A DNA stretch of 64,000 nt from a virus (Duplodnaviria; Caudoviricetes), in the IMG/VR virus record IMGVR_UViG_3300032323_001428, positions 1 to 64,000 of that record; one strand, written 5' to 3'. Below, piece by piece: positions 37,589-47,660 of this stretch. The first letter of the stretch is position 1. Every line of letters begins with the position of its first letter. The notes under the pieces were generated by a model, which was given only the letters and a program-made list of their open reading frames with translations, did no database searches and was not told where the DNA came from. The position numbers and the translations under genes are program-made.

Positions 37589-38697
37589 ATAAAAATTGCA
37601 GTACTATTAATCTCCAAAATACCATTTTTAATTTCTTCATCATAAGATCCAGACCTCAAAACAATTTTTGGAGAATCAATTCCAGAAAGACATTTTGGAG
37701 ATTTTACAGTAATGTTTGTTCCATACATCCTTTTCTCTTGTTTATTAAAATCATTATCAAGGATATTGATAATTTGATTTTCATTAATTCCCATAGAAAT
37801 TAAATATTGAGAAAAAATATGAGCACCAAAAAGGTAAAATTTTTCTCCGTTTAATGTTGAATTAATATACTCAACATCATCAATCAGATTTTTAACATAA
37901 TCATTAAACATTGGTTTAATGTATGAAAAATCAAACTCATATGAGGAATTATTTTTTTTCTTTTTTACTGCTTTTATAAAAATTGAATGATTGTCAATTT
38001 CCTTTTCTTCTATTTCAAAATCATATTTACACAAAATATATTCCAACACATATTCATCAATATAAAAAGTATGTTCAAAATTAAGTGTATTTAAATATCC
38101 CATAGAAAGCCAGTGCTTCATATTTGGTATTGAAATATATTGAATACCACCAATCTCTAAAATTGAATTTATTTTATTAAAAAATGTATGTGGTTCATAA
38201 ACGTGTTCACAAAGATGAGAATGAATTACTGCATCAAATTTTTGATTAAATTCAAACTCTTCAAAAAAACCACGAAAGAATTTAACTCTAGAATCTTTAC
38301 TTTTTTGTTCTGATGGTTCAATAATGTTCCAATAAAAATCTTCATTAGTAGAAATAAAATGATCTACTAGTTTTCCTGTAGCTCCACCTATTTCTAAAAT
38401 ATTTTTTGGATTACTTTTTTTGATAAAATCAGCAAATTTTTTATGATGCAATCCCCAAGTTTTTCCTACAGTTCCTGGTGTATGGTGATTATAATAAAGA
38501 AGATCTAGAGGAAGTAATTTCATCAATTGAATTATTCCTTTGTCTGATATCCCCCATTTCATATCATAATATTGATCTGGTGCATTGTCATCAAAATCAA
38601 CACAACCCATAAAAATAGGAAAATTTTTAAAAGTAAAAACTTCTGTTAAATTTTTATCTTCAGTAATTGCACAATTTTTTCTTGTAATAATATTCAT
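37585..38697 (-). CDS. SAM-dependent methyltransferase resembling NDP-sugar C-methyltransferases
   Basis: LEIGGATG, HSHL.EH, SIPN, FEHT; C-terminal FGAH...ILDND..KQ.K..YGT domain. Confidence 0.7.
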   Translation of the reverse strand: MNIITRKNCAITEDKNLTEVFTFKNFPIFMGCVDFDDNAPDQYYDMKWGISDKGIIQLMKLLPLDLLYYNHHTPGTVGKTWGLHHKKFADFIKKSNPKNILEIGGATGKLVDHFISTNEDFYWNIIEPSEQKSKDSRVKFFRGFFEEFEFNQKFDAVIHSHLCEHVYEPHTFFNKINSILEIGGIQYISIPNMKHWLSMGYLNTLNFEHTFYIDEYVLEYILCKYDFEIEEKEIDNHSIFIKAVKKKKNNSSYEFDFSYIKPMFNDYVKNLIDDVEYINSTLNGEKFYLFGAHIFSQYLISMGINENQIINILDNDFNKQEKRMYGTNITVKSPKCLSGIDSPKIVLRSGSYDEEIKNGILEINSTAIFI

Positions 38698-38731
38698 AAT
38701 TTTTTTCTTATTATCCAAATTGAATATTTTT

Positions 38732-39520
38732 TCATATTAATTTGCATTTAGGTTTCCATTCGAATGATGTTGATACCCTGCGAGTTTCTACATGAAGATA
38801 AGATTTGGATTCTTTTCTTGAAAGTTTTAGATTTACATACCCAGATGAAGTAATTATATCCAAAAGTTGTTTAATAGTCAAACTTTGAGATCCAACCACA
38901 AACATATCATGTTTGATATACAAATTTTTTTCTATACACTTTTCAATTAAATCTACTAAATCATCAACGTGTATTATATCTATTCTAGTATCAAAATTTG
39001 TATATAAGTCTATAACATTATCTGTATTTACACTACTAATAAGTTTGTCAACTAAACCATTAATTCTATTTGATGGTAGTGATTTTCCTCCCCATACATT
39101 AGACACTCTTAATGCGATAGTGTCACATTCAACTGTTTTTAAAATATTTTCAACTTGTAATTTAAGGTCACCATAAAGAGTATTTGGATTTACCAATGAA
39201 TTTTCATCAACTGTTCTTTCGTGATTTACATACAATCCACCAGCAGTAGAAATAAAAATAATTTTCCCGTTTGGATTTTTCTTTGAATAAAAATCAAATA
39301 TTTTTTTACTATTAATTACATCATTTTTTACAAATTTTTCAAATTCATCGTAAGTATTTCTTGTAGTTGAAGACCATGCTAAATGAATAAGACATGAATT
39401 TTCATGAGAATCAAATACATCTTGAGGTTCATCTCGATATGAAACTTTAGTAACAAGTTGTTTACATAATTCTAAAAATCTCTTACCAATTAGACCACTA
39501 CATCCAGTAACGTAAATCAT
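38732..39520 (-). CDS. NAD-dependent epimerase/reductase (SDR)
   Basis: VTGCSGLIG, HLAW, STAG, YGDLK, LRVSNVWG. Confidence 0.8.
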   Translation of the reverse strand: MIYVTGCSGLIGKRFLELCKQLVTKVSYRDEPQDVFDSHENSCLIHLAWSSTTRNTYDEFEKFVKNDVINSKKIFDFYSKKNPNGKIIFISTAGGLYVNHERTVDENSLVNPNTLYGDLKLQVENILKTVECDTIALRVSNVWGGKSLPSNRINGLVDKLISSVNTDNVIDLYTNFDTRIDIIHVDDLVDLIEKCIEKNLYIKHDMFVVGSQSLTIKQLLDIITSSGYVNLKLSRKESKSYLHVETRRVSTSFEWKPKCKLI

Positions 39521-39529
39521 AAAATTCCT

Positions 39530-40258
39530 CTATCTTATTCTTGTTGCCCATATTGGATATTGCTTTCCGTCAATATTCCAGTTTGGGTGCCAATATGTTT
39601 CGTCTTGAATACAATAAAAATTATGTTTTTTACTCAATAAAGAAAAAATAGATTGATCAAATCTATGTTCTCCTTTAAAAGTTTTATGATTTGGTATTAC
39701 TGATTCAGAATCATCGATATAATGATAATTATTTTCTGTTCCTATTAGTTTACACTCATCGATAATGGATCTATTTTCTTTAGTATTTTTTAAAAAATAT
39801 GTGGTCGAACATCTTTGTCCTGTATGAAAATAATTTTCATCATTTGGAAATATTTTAAAGTATGTATCTGATTTTGTATACTCTCTTTCTAAATGAAAAA
39901 TATCAAAACACAAAGAACCATTTTCCATTACAGTATCATAATACTCACACATTCTTTTTTTTCCACCAACATTAAAAGTACATCCAACATCAGCATAACA
40001 AATAACATCATCTTCTGGAATTGATTTCATCAATTCAGATATTAAAAAAAATTTCCAAATCCAAAAACCATATGCTCTTGTAGATTCCATAAAATTTTTA
40101 TGCTCTAAAAGTTCATTACAATAATCAAAACAATTTTTTTCAGAGAACAAATTAATAGATTTGAAAACTCCTAAATTCAATGCTTCATTATGAAATCTAT
40201 TTCTAGTAGAAGCATATTTTTGTTCTGGAGAACAAAACGAAATTAAATGTAAATTCAT
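39530..40258 (-). CDS. putative glycosyltransferase
   Basis: GFWIWK, Y.DVGC, EHRFDQSIFSLL. Confidence 0.65.
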   Translation of the reverse strand: MNLHLISFCSPEQKYASTRNRFHNEALNLGVFKSINLFSEKNCFDYCNELLEHKNFMESTRAYGFWIWKFFLISELMKSIPEDDVICYADVGCTFNVGGKKRMCEYYDTVMENGSLCFDIFHLEREYTKSDTYFKIFPNDENYFHTGQRCSTTYFLKNTKENRSIIDECKLIGTENNYHYIDDSESVIPNHKTFKGEHRFDQSIFSLLSKKHNFYCIQDETYWHPNWNIDGKQYPIWATRIR

Positions 40259-41100
40259 TTTAAAATTTTATAAAGATTTTTAATTAATGGTTCAAGAGAA
40301 ATTTTATTTTCAAATAAAGGTTCAGAGTTTATTCTATCATACAATTCTCTATTTGTATCAATTTCTTTAATTGTTTCAATCACTTCTTCATCAGACATAT
40401 TTACTGTATTGATAAAAGACTTTGGATTAAAATCTTTACAAACAGTTTCGTCCCCATAATAAATTGGAATGTTTCCAGCAATTTTTCCGTGAAGTAATTT
40501 TTCAGTATGATATCCTGGTGAAATAGAATTTTCATAACAAAGAGAAAACTTATAGTTTGAAATCAAATCTAATTTATGTTTTTCTCCATCTGGTAAATTA
40601 TATTCTGGATTTGCTTTACCAAAAATATCTACCCTTTTATACTCAGAAATTTTTTGAATTGCATTAAGTCTTGACTCAACCATTTTACCAAAAACAATTG
40701 AACAAAACTTATCTTTTGGTTTTTGGGTAAATTCATTTTCACCATAAAGATAAGATTCGGGAATCAACCATTCTGGATTTAAATATGTTTTTACATTAAA
40801 CCAATCAATATAAAGATACCAAAGAGGAAGACGAAAGTTCTTTCCTTCATAATCATCAAAATCAAATGTGAGTGAATAATCACATTTTTTAAAATTTGGT
40901 CTTTGATTTTCTCCAGTAAAAAATATTTTTTTACAATTTTTATATAAATTGTTTTCCATACCAAAAACACTGAAGAACATTACATCAGCATCTTCTGGAT
41001 GTACAACTTCAACATTCTCAAAAGATTGTTTTAGAAGATTAATAAAAAAGTTATTGCTTGGGTCAAAAGGAGACCAAAAATCAGAGAAGCATATTTTCAT
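40255..41100 (-). CDS. GT10 alpha-1,3-fucosyltransferase-like protein
   Basis: FTGEN.RP, R.PLW, YKFSLCYENS..PGY.TEKL, IPIYYG. Confidence 0.85.
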   Translation of the reverse strand: MKICFSDFWSPFDPSNNFFINLLKQSFENVEVVHPEDADVMFFSVFGMENNLYKNCKKIFFTGENQRPNFKKCDYSLTFDFDDYEGKNFRLPLWYLYIDWFNVKTYLNPEWLIPESYLYGENEFTQKPKDKFCSIVFGKMVESRLNAIQKISEYKRVDIFGKANPEYNLPDGEKHKLDLISNYKFSLCYENSISPGYHTEKLLHGKIAGNIPIYYGDETVCKDFNPKSFINTVNMSDEEVIETIKEIDTNRELYDRINSEPLFENKISLEPLIKNLYKILK

Positions 41101-41108
41101 AATTAAAA

Positions 41109-42491
41109 TTAATTTATATTATTTGAATTCCAGTAATTACCAGAAATAGCAGAACAAAAATCTAGACTTTGTATAGCCAAAGATGGTTCAAACCAATAAT
41201 TATTTAAATTGAACTTTTCAATCAAATAATTATAAAAATGATCTGAAGGTAGATTAATATCAGATATACAATCTATTACCTTATTTACCATAGATCCACT
41301 AACTAAGAATGCGTGAGTACATCTAGATCCTCTGTTAGTTTTATAAACATATGTACCTTCAATATTTGGTTCGTGTAAATTCAAACAAGATCCAACCCAA
41401 GCAATATCCCAATCATCTGGAAGTTGAGATATAAAAAGATTGCAATAATTTACAAAATCATCACATAACGTAACATCATCTTCCAAAATTAAAGTTATTT
41501 GATATTGTTTTTTGAAAATATCTTTTAATATGGATACGTGTTTTAATGCTAACGATCTCTCAGAATTTTGAGCATTATCATCATAATAATCTAATCCTTT
41601 TTTCCAATCTTTGAACACTTTGGGATATTCTTTTTCTATCTCTTCAATATTCCATTCAGTTTTATCAAAATTTTCTACAAATTCATGTCTATAAATTTTT
41701 TCTTCTTTAAATTGTTCCAGGATAGATTTTTTTCTTTCCTCTAATTTTTTATAATGACAAATATAAACATTATCAACATTTAACTTTGGATGCAAAAGTT
41801 CTTTCTTTGCTAATTCATTTCTCCAAGGTTCTTTCTCAAAATAAAGATATTCACTTTCTGGAAATTTAAAAGTAAATTTATTATTATAATCAATTCCGTA
41901 AATTCTATAAGAAATTAACTCTTTTGAAAAAGTTATATCAGTATTATGATCAATATTATTAAAATTTAAATTCTCACCAAACAAATCGTAGTGCAATGAC
42001 ATTATTGCCTTGGAATAAACCTGAGGTCCTGTCATTTGTAATATATCATTTGGATATGAATTATTTTGAATATTATCAACAACCAATTCAATAACTTTTT
42101 TTAGAATTGGATGTTCTTTATCAAAAATCAAAGCCCATTGAACGAAGGTGTTTGGGTTAGTTTCTGCTGTGATAATAGCAGTATCATTTTCTTGTATAAG
42201 TTTATTTAAAGAAACATCAATAGATGAGTCCAAATCCACATATACTCCACCGTATTTGTAAAGAACTAAATATCTCCAAAAATCAACTTTTGCCACAGGA
42301 ACATTCAATCTATTAAAGCATTCCGATACTTCTCCTGGATAAAAAGTATTTACAAATTCATCAATTTCAGAATCAGTATAAAGTTGATAGTTATATTCAG
42401 AATTTAAACTCCTCATATTATCAACTTTTTTTTGTATTTCTGGATGAAGATCTTTAGTTATCCAAGACTGAAATATATTTTTAGGTATCAT
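41109..42491 (-). CDS. fused GT32 (DXD) + GT25 glycosyltransferase
   Basis: IPK.I.Q.W, DFWRY..LY.YGGVY.DLD, TGP; then ERK, SL..KH, LILEDD, RCTHA. Confidence 0.8.
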   Translation of the reverse strand: MIPKNIFQSWITKDLHPEIQKKVDNMRSLNSEYNYQLYTDSEIDEFVNTFYPGEVSECFNRLNVPVAKVDFWRYLVLYKYGGVYVDLDSSIDVSLNKLIQENDTAIITAETNPNTFVQWALIFDKEHPILKKVIELVVDNIQNNSYPNDILQMTGPQVYSKAIMSLHYDLFGENLNFNNIDHNTDITFSKELISYRIYGIDYNNKFTFKFPESEYLYFEKEPWRNELAKKELLHPKLNVDNVYICHYKKLEERKKSILEQFKEEKIYRHEFVENFDKTEWNIEEIEKEYPKVFKDWKKGLDYYDDNAQNSERSLALKHVSILKDIFKKQYQITLILEDDVTLCDDFVNYCNLFISQLPDDWDIAWVGSCLNLHEPNIEGTYVYKTNRGSRCTHAFLVSGSMVNKVIDCISDINLPSDHFYNYLIEKFNLNNYWFEPSLAIQSLDFCSAISGNYWNSNNIN

Positions 42492-43249
42492 AACCACCAA
42501 TTAAGTTTATCATTTATTGCCAAATTGCTTGGTCCTGTATAGTTTGGATAATCCAAACCATCCAAAGGATATGGTTTAGTTTCTTTATGTATAGTAACAT
42601 AATTTCCCTTATCAGTATGAATGCACATATCTTTTCTTAGATAAGAACATTCAATTACATCAGGAAAATCTTCAAATGGGTTGGCACCATTATTAACGTG
42701 AATATGATACAAATAGAAATGTTTATTTAATTTTTCAAACATTCTAATGACAGACTCACCATTATCATTAAGTGCCCTACCACCATTCTGAGGTACTCCT
42801 TCCACAATACGATTTTCACCACCTATCCAGTGAATTTCAATAGAAATCTGAGAAAACTTTAAAAGATTTTCTTCTTTCATATTAGGCAAAATCTCATATT
42901 CACCTCCTTCTATGTCAATACACATCAAAAGATTGGTATCATTTACCAAATCAAGTTCATCATCAAAAACTTCTGATGTTACATAAATTTGTTTAAATCG
43001 ATAGTTTGGGTGCTCATTGTGGTAAAAAGGTTCTGCATCATACATGTGTATAATTTTTCCCATTTGTGCCAATTGAAAATCGGATCCACAAACTGGTCCT
43101 ATTCCAAGTGAATAAACATCACTAGTTCTCAATAATGGTTCTTGATAAATTACATATCCACCATCACAAGGAGGACCAATTCTCATCTTGGTAAAACCAA
43201 GATCATAAGGAGTAAGTAATTCTTTCAACTTATCATAATATGTTTTCAT
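42488..43249 (-). CDS. FkbM/Methyltransf_22-like methyltransferase
   Basis: RIG...DGGY, YSLGI, IDIEGGE, Q..IEIH, H.NN. Confidence 0.7.
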   Translation of the reverse strand: MKTYYDKLKELLTPYDLGFTKMRIGPPCDGGYVIYQEPLLRTSDVYSLGIGPVCGSDFQLAQMGKIIHMYDAEPFYHNEHPNYRFKQIYVTSEVFDDELDLVNDTNLLMCIDIEGGEYEILPNMKEENLLKFSQISIEIHWIGGENRIVEGVPQNGGRALNDNGESVIRMFEKLNKHFYLYHIHVNNGANPFEDFPDVIECSYLRKDMCIHTDKGNYVTIHKETKPYPLDGLDYPNYTGPSNLAINDKLNWWL

Positions 43250-44106
43250 GAACTAATCCTCTTTATAATTTTTTTAAACATACCTTCAAGAGTAAAATAC
43301 TCTTCATAAACTTTTTTTCCATTTTCTAATAGATTATTATATTCTACATCAGAAATAGATTTTAGTATAGTATCAATATCTTCAATCTCATCTTCATTTA
43401 CTGGAACACAAAAATCATCCCAATCCAATTCATCAGTCCAAGGAAGATAATGAACATCTGAAATATAAACTGGAACAGTTCCTAATTGAAGAATTTCATA
43501 CATTCTAAAACTACTCTTCCCATAACCTCTTGGAGCAAGTCCAAATTTGCTGGAGCAGGTTATGTCCAGAAACTTCTTAAAGTTGTCCATAGGGACTGTC
43601 GTAGACCAGTTTCCGGCAGAAATCTCATACCCTTCCTTTCCAGATAAATGATTACACATATCCATACGAATAGGATGAGTATTTCTAGAACCAACAAAAG
43701 AAGCAAGAATAGTTTTTTCTTTATTTGGAATTAATTCTTTTGGAATAGAACTACAAATCAAAGGAATTGGAATAATATTATCACCTTCACGATTTCCACC
43801 AGCAGAAAAAATTAAAGTATCTTCTGGAAATTTTTCAAAAGGTCCATCATCAAATTGAGATACTGTAAAATATTTCCCATTAGATGAAAGAACTGAATCC
43901 AATTGCTCTTGAACGTTTTCGTATTGCTGTCCTGCAAACATCGAATTGCAAAAATTATTCGTCCAAAAGACATCAATATACTGTCTATCTGTTTGAATAT
44001 TTTCCTCATTCCACCTCCTAAAGAAATACTCTTCAAGATATTCTCCAGTATGATAAGGAGGATATGTTGGAGAAATAGATGCGGGTCTTAACGCATCATT
44101 ATTCAT
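43246..44106 (-). CDS. exostosin (GT47)-like glycosyltransferase
   Basis: SFVGS..TH..R, S.F.LAPRGYG..SFR.YE....G.VPV. Confidence 0.8.
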   Translation of the reverse strand: MNNDALRPASISPTYPPYHTGEYLEEYFFRRWNEENIQTDRQYIDVFWTNNFCNSMFAGQQYENVQEQLDSVLSSNGKYFTVSQFDDGPFEKFPEDTLIFSAGGNREGDNIIPIPLICSSIPKELIPNKEKTILASFVGSRNTHPIRMDMCNHLSGKEGYEISAGNWSTTVPMDNFKKFLDITCSSKFGLAPRGYGKSSFRMYEILQLGTVPVYISDVHYLPWTDELDWDDFCVPVNEDEIEDIDTILKSISDVEYNNLLENGKKVYEEYFTLEGMFKKIIKRISS

Positions 44107-44768
44107 AAGAACCATAATTTTTCCTCCTTAAATTTTTTAGTCTTTTCTTCTACACCTACCATCCAATTATTATGGACTATTACGGCATTTTTTTTCTTTC
44201 CTTCATTGTAATATACATGTCCGTTGGGAAACAAGTCTGGACTCAATATTGCAATATAATCTCTGTAATTTTTTAAAGCAATCTCATTTACAATTAGTTG
44301 GTCGTCTTCAATTTCATTAGATCCACACTCATTCACCAAAGATTCACATTCTTTAGTATCATTAAAAACCATAAATCCAGAACAAAGAGTAGATCCTGGA
44401 CTGTCCGATTGAAATAAAACTTCTTCATTTCCTTCAATCAATTCAATTGGATTTTCAACAAATACAATATCAGTATCTACCCAACAAAGATTCTTATTTT
44501 CTTGGTAAATTTTTTTAATAAGAGACCATTTGATTTTAACAATATTTCTAAAACCACTTTCTTTATCAAAAGTCCAATCTTGATACTCTGTGATTGGTTG
44601 ATCTATATGAAGAAAAGCATTTTTATATTTTTTTAAATTTTCATATGCATTTAAATCCAAACAAGCAATATAAAAATCATCAATATCAATTCCCACATTT
44701 TTAGCAGAAATCAACATGTTCTTACAGATGTCTATACATCCACTATTTAAAAATGTAAGGAATTTCAT
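44103..44768 (-). CDS. nucleotide-diphospho-sugar transferase (GT77-like)
   Basis: WVDTDIVF..NP, CSGFM, DDQ, FPNG, HNNW..G...K. Confidence 0.8.
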   Translation of the reverse strand: MKFLTFLNSGCIDICKNMLISAKNVGIDIDDFYIACLDLNAYENLKKYKNAFLHIDQPITEYQDWTFDKESGFRNIVKIKWSLIKKIYQENKNLCWVDTDIVFVENPIELIEGNEEVLFQSDSPGSTLCSGFMVFNDTKECESLVNECGSNEIEDDQLIVNEIALKNYRDYIAILSPDLFPNGHVYYNEGKKKNAVIVHNNWMVGVEEKTKKFKEEKLWFL

Positions 44769-45715
44769 TGCGTTTTATACCATTCATAAGTTTTTTCAAT
44801 GCCTTCACGGAGAGAAATCTTCGGTTCCCAACCAAGTGATTTGATTTTATCAACGTTTAAAACTTTACGAGGAGTTCCATTTGGTTTTGTTGCGTCCCAT
44901 TCAATATCACCCATAAAACCAACGACTCTAGAAATACTCTCTGCAAGTTCCTTGATAGTTACATCCTCACCAGTTCCTATATTAATATGATCTGCTTCAT
45001 CATATTGCTGCATACAAGTGTAACAAGCTTCTGCAAGATCATCAACATGCAAAAACTCTCTCATTGCAGATCCATCCCCCCAAAGTTTTACAGAACCGTA
45101 ATAAGGTCCACCCATATCAATAGCATATCCATGCTCCTTCATATAATGAAACTTAGCAATCATCGCAGGAAGAACATGTGATGTTTCCAAATCAAAATTA
45201 TCATTAGGACCATAAAGATTTGTAGGCATCAAAGAAATGGCATTAAATCCGTGCTGCTGACGATATGCTTCACATAGTTTAATTCCAGCAATCTTTGCAA
45301 TAGCATAGGCATCATTCGTTGATTCCAGAGCACCAGTCATCAACTGATCTTCTGTGATTGGTTGAGTTGCAAACTTGGGATAGATACAGGAAGAACCAAG
45401 AAACAGAAGTTTTTTAACTCCAAAATTATAAGACTGTTGAATAATATTTGTTTGAATCTGTAAGTTTTCAGTTAAAAAATCTGCCTTATAGTTATTGTTT
45501 GCCATAATACCACCAACTTTAGCAGCAGCAACAAAAACATATTCTGGTTTTTCAATTCTAAAAAAAATCTCAGTTTGTTGTCGATCAGTAAAATCTATAA
45601 CTTGACGAGTTCCTTTTATAATATTTTTATATCCTTTACTCTCAAGGTTTCTAACAATTGCAGAACCAACCATTCCATTGGCTCCCGCAACTAATACTCT
45701 AGAATCACTGTCCAT
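44765..45715 (-). CDS. fcl: GDP-L-fucose synthase
   Basis: [46 protein letters not shown]. Confidence 0.95.
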   Translation of the reverse strand: MDSDSRVLVAGANGMVGSAIVRNLESKGYKNIIKGTRQVIDFTDRQQTEIFFRIEKPEYVFVAAAKVGGIMANNNYKADFLTENLQIQTNIIQQSYNFGVKKLLFLGSSCIYPKFATQPITEDQLMTGALESTNDAYAIAKIAGIKLCEAYRQQHGFNAISLMPTNLYGPNDNFDLETSHVLPAMIAKFHYMKEHGYAIDMGGPYYGSVKLWGDGSAMREFLHVDDLAEACYTCMQQYDEADHINIGTGEDVTIKELAESISRVVGFMGDIEWDATKPNGTPRKVLNVDKIKSLGWEPKISLREGIEKTYEWYKTQ

Positions 45716-46706
45716 AAATGCACATATCCTCAACTAATTGTTCGAAAGAAATCTTAGGTTCCCAACCCAGTTTTTCCTTTGCCTTGGAGGCATCACCTAA
45801 CAAAGTCTGTACCTCAGTCGGTCTAAAATATTTAGGATCAATCTGAATAACTGTTTTTTTAGTATTCAAATCATATCCAAATTCTTCCAAACCTTCTCCC
45901 ATCCACACAATTTTCATGCCAAAGTAAGGTGCTGCTTCCTCAACAAAATCTTTTACGGAATACTGAACACCAGTAGCAATTACAAAGTCTTCTGGTTCAT
46001 CTTGTTGGAGCATTAACCACATAGCTTCTACAAAATCCTTAGCATGTCCCCAATCACGTTTGGCATTTAAATTGCCCAAGTACAAACATTCTTGAAGTCC
46101 AACTGAAATCTTAGAGAGTGCCTGTGTAATCTTACGGGTCACAAAAGTCTCACCACGACGGGGAGATTCATGATTAAAAAGAATACCAGTACAAGCATAC
46201 ATTCCATATGCCTCACGATAGTTCTTTGTAATCCAGTATCCATAAACCTTAGCACATCCATATGGACTGCGTGGGTAAAATGGTGTAGTTTCTTTCTGTG
46301 GAATTTCTTGAACTAAACCAAACATTTCACTAGTAGATGCTTGATAGATACGAACTTTATTTTCCATTCCAAGCAAACGGACTGCTTCAAGAACACGTAA
46401 AGTTCCCACACCATCCACATCAGCAGTGTATTCTGGCATCTCAAAGGATACTTTTACATGACTTTGAGCACCAAGATTATAAATCTCATCAGGTTGAACT
46501 AACTGAATAACTCTAACAAGATTTGTTGAATCAGTTAAATCACCATAATGCAACTTTAGTTTATTGTAAATATGATCAATACGATGGGTATTAATGAGTG
46601 AACAACGACGAATAATACCATGAACTTCATAACCTTTTTCTAAAAGGAGTTCGGCAAGATATGATCCATCCTGTCCAGTAATACCAGTAATTAAAGCAAT
46701 TTTCAT
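45705..46706 (-). CDS. gmd: GDP-mannose 4,6-dehydratase
   Basis: [46 protein letters not shown]. Confidence 0.96.
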   Translation of the reverse strand: MKIALITGITGQDGSYLAELLLEKGYEVHGIIRRCSLINTHRIDHIYNKLKLHYGDLTDSTNLVRVIQLVQPDEIYNLGAQSHVKVSFEMPEYTADVDGVGTLRVLEAVRLLGMENKVRIYQASTSEMFGLVQEIPQKETTPFYPRSPYGCAKVYGYWITKNYREAYGMYACTGILFNHESPRRGETFVTRKITQALSKISVGLQECLYLGNLNAKRDWGHAKDFVEAMWLMLQQDEPEDFVIATGVQYSVKDFVEEAAPYFGMKIVWMGEGLEEFGYDLNTKKTVIQIDPKYFRPTEVQTLLGDASKAKEKLGWEPKISFEQLVEDMCIYGQ

Positions 46707-46726
46707 ATAATAAAATATTTTGTATT

Positions 46727-46755
46727 ATCATACCAAAAAAGGAAAGTTTATGCAA
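46727..46755 (-). promoter_or_regulatory. sigma70-type promoter heading the glycan island, overlapping a terminator hairpin
   Basis: TTGCAT-N17-TATGAT; hairpin AAAGGAGAGTT...AACTTTCCTTT + T tract. Confidence 0.55.
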
Positions 46756-46833
46756 CTCTCCTTTAATATATGTAAGCATAGGGTCGTATTAAATACTGAC
46801 TCCACCAGTACTTTTAAAGTCTCTCCGTGACTA

Positions 46834-46922
46834 TGGGAGTGTAGGGAATCGAACCCTAACACGGGACTAATCTGGTCCACTTGGGATTATAAGACCCACG
46901 ATGCTCCATACATCACACTCCC
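46834..46922 (-). tRNA. tRNA with UAU (Ile) anticodon and a long variable arm; CCA not encoded
   Basis: Acceptor GGGAGTG/CACTCCC + A; T-arm TAGGG-TTCGATT-CCCTA; anticodon arm TGGGT-CTTATAA-TCCCA; variable stem GGAC/GTCC. Confidence 0.75.
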
Positions 46923-46928
46923 AAAAAT

Positions 46929-47132
46929 TCAACAACCTTCTTCGTGATCCGTGTGTATTCGAATAAGGTCGTCGTGCTCTTCTAAACCATCAATTATGTA
47001 TTCATAATCCTCTGCAGGCATTATGACCACTTCCTTTCCTTCACTGGTGATGATAAAAGACTCTCCGTTATCCACTCTTTCTAGTAGATTGTCAAAGTCT
47101 GCTTGAAATTCTTCAACTGTAAACTTTTCCAT
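46929..47132 (-). CDS. orphan Phd/YefM-like antitoxin-domain protein
   Basis: TVEEFQ..FD.LLERV.NGE.FIIT..GK.VVIMP..DY. Confidence 0.7.
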   Translation of the reverse strand: MEKFTVEEFQADFDNLLERVDNGESFIITSEGKEVVIMPAEDYEYIIDGLEEHDDLIRIHTDHEEGC

Positions 47133-47153
47133 TTCAAAAATCAATATAAAAAT

Positions 47154-47182
47154 ATTTTATCAGACATTAGAATATCTGTCAA
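47154..47182 (-). promoter_or_regulatory. sigma70-type promoter
   Basis: TTGACA-N17-TAAAAT. Confidence 0.7.
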
Positions 47183-47198
47183 TACAACTGTTAAAAAA

Positions 47199-47357
47199 TC
47201 AAAACTTATCTAAATGATCTTCCAATCTAATCAAAAGACGTTCTACATCTTTTGTGTCTGGTCCACCATCTTGTTTAGCATAAAAAATATAATCATCCAA
47301 TGATACAGTAAGTAATTCAATATCATTTTTTGAAAGCTTTGGGGTTTCCCAACTCAT
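47199..47357 (-). CDS. 52-aa hypothetical protein, not in ORF track
   Basis: Manual translation MSWETPKLSKNDIELLTVSLDDYIFYAKQ...HLDKF. Confidence 0.5.
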   Translation of the reverse strand: MSWETPKLSKNDIELLTVSLDDYIFYAKQDGGPDTKDVERLLIRLEDHLDKF

Positions 47358-47608
47358 TTAATTTCAAACTCCATTTTTCTAATTTTACGGTTTCTTCTTG
47401 CTTCTTGATATGCAAGGTCTTCTCTTGTAAAAAGAGAAGATGAATTATTTTTTTGATCTGGTTTTGATATTAATTCTACCAAAGTCAAATCTAATGCAGT
47501 AATTTTATCGTCTTTTACTGTTGTTAAATTGTCACATCCACAACACTTAGTCTGTGTTGGATGTGAGTGCAGCTCTTTGTTGCACATTTTGCATCTGATT
47601 TTCAGCAT
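47354..47608 (-). CDS. small Zn-finger-like hypothetical protein
   Basis: RCKMC...CCGC.N pattern. Confidence 0.65.
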   Translation of the reverse strand: MLKIRCKMCNKELHSHPTQTKCCGCDNLTTVKDDKITALDLTLVELISKPDQKNNSSSLFTREDLAYQEARRNRKIRKMEFEIK

Positions 47609-47660
47609 TTTGATTCATCCGTTTTAATTCATCAAGTTTTTTATATTATAGCATTAATTT

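Noticed and set aside
46885-46897. Reading the tRNA anticodon as UUA (ochre suppressor)
   Set aside because: That register breaks the anticodon stem; TGGGT-CTTATAA-TCCCA (UAU) pairs better and gives the canonical U33/A37.
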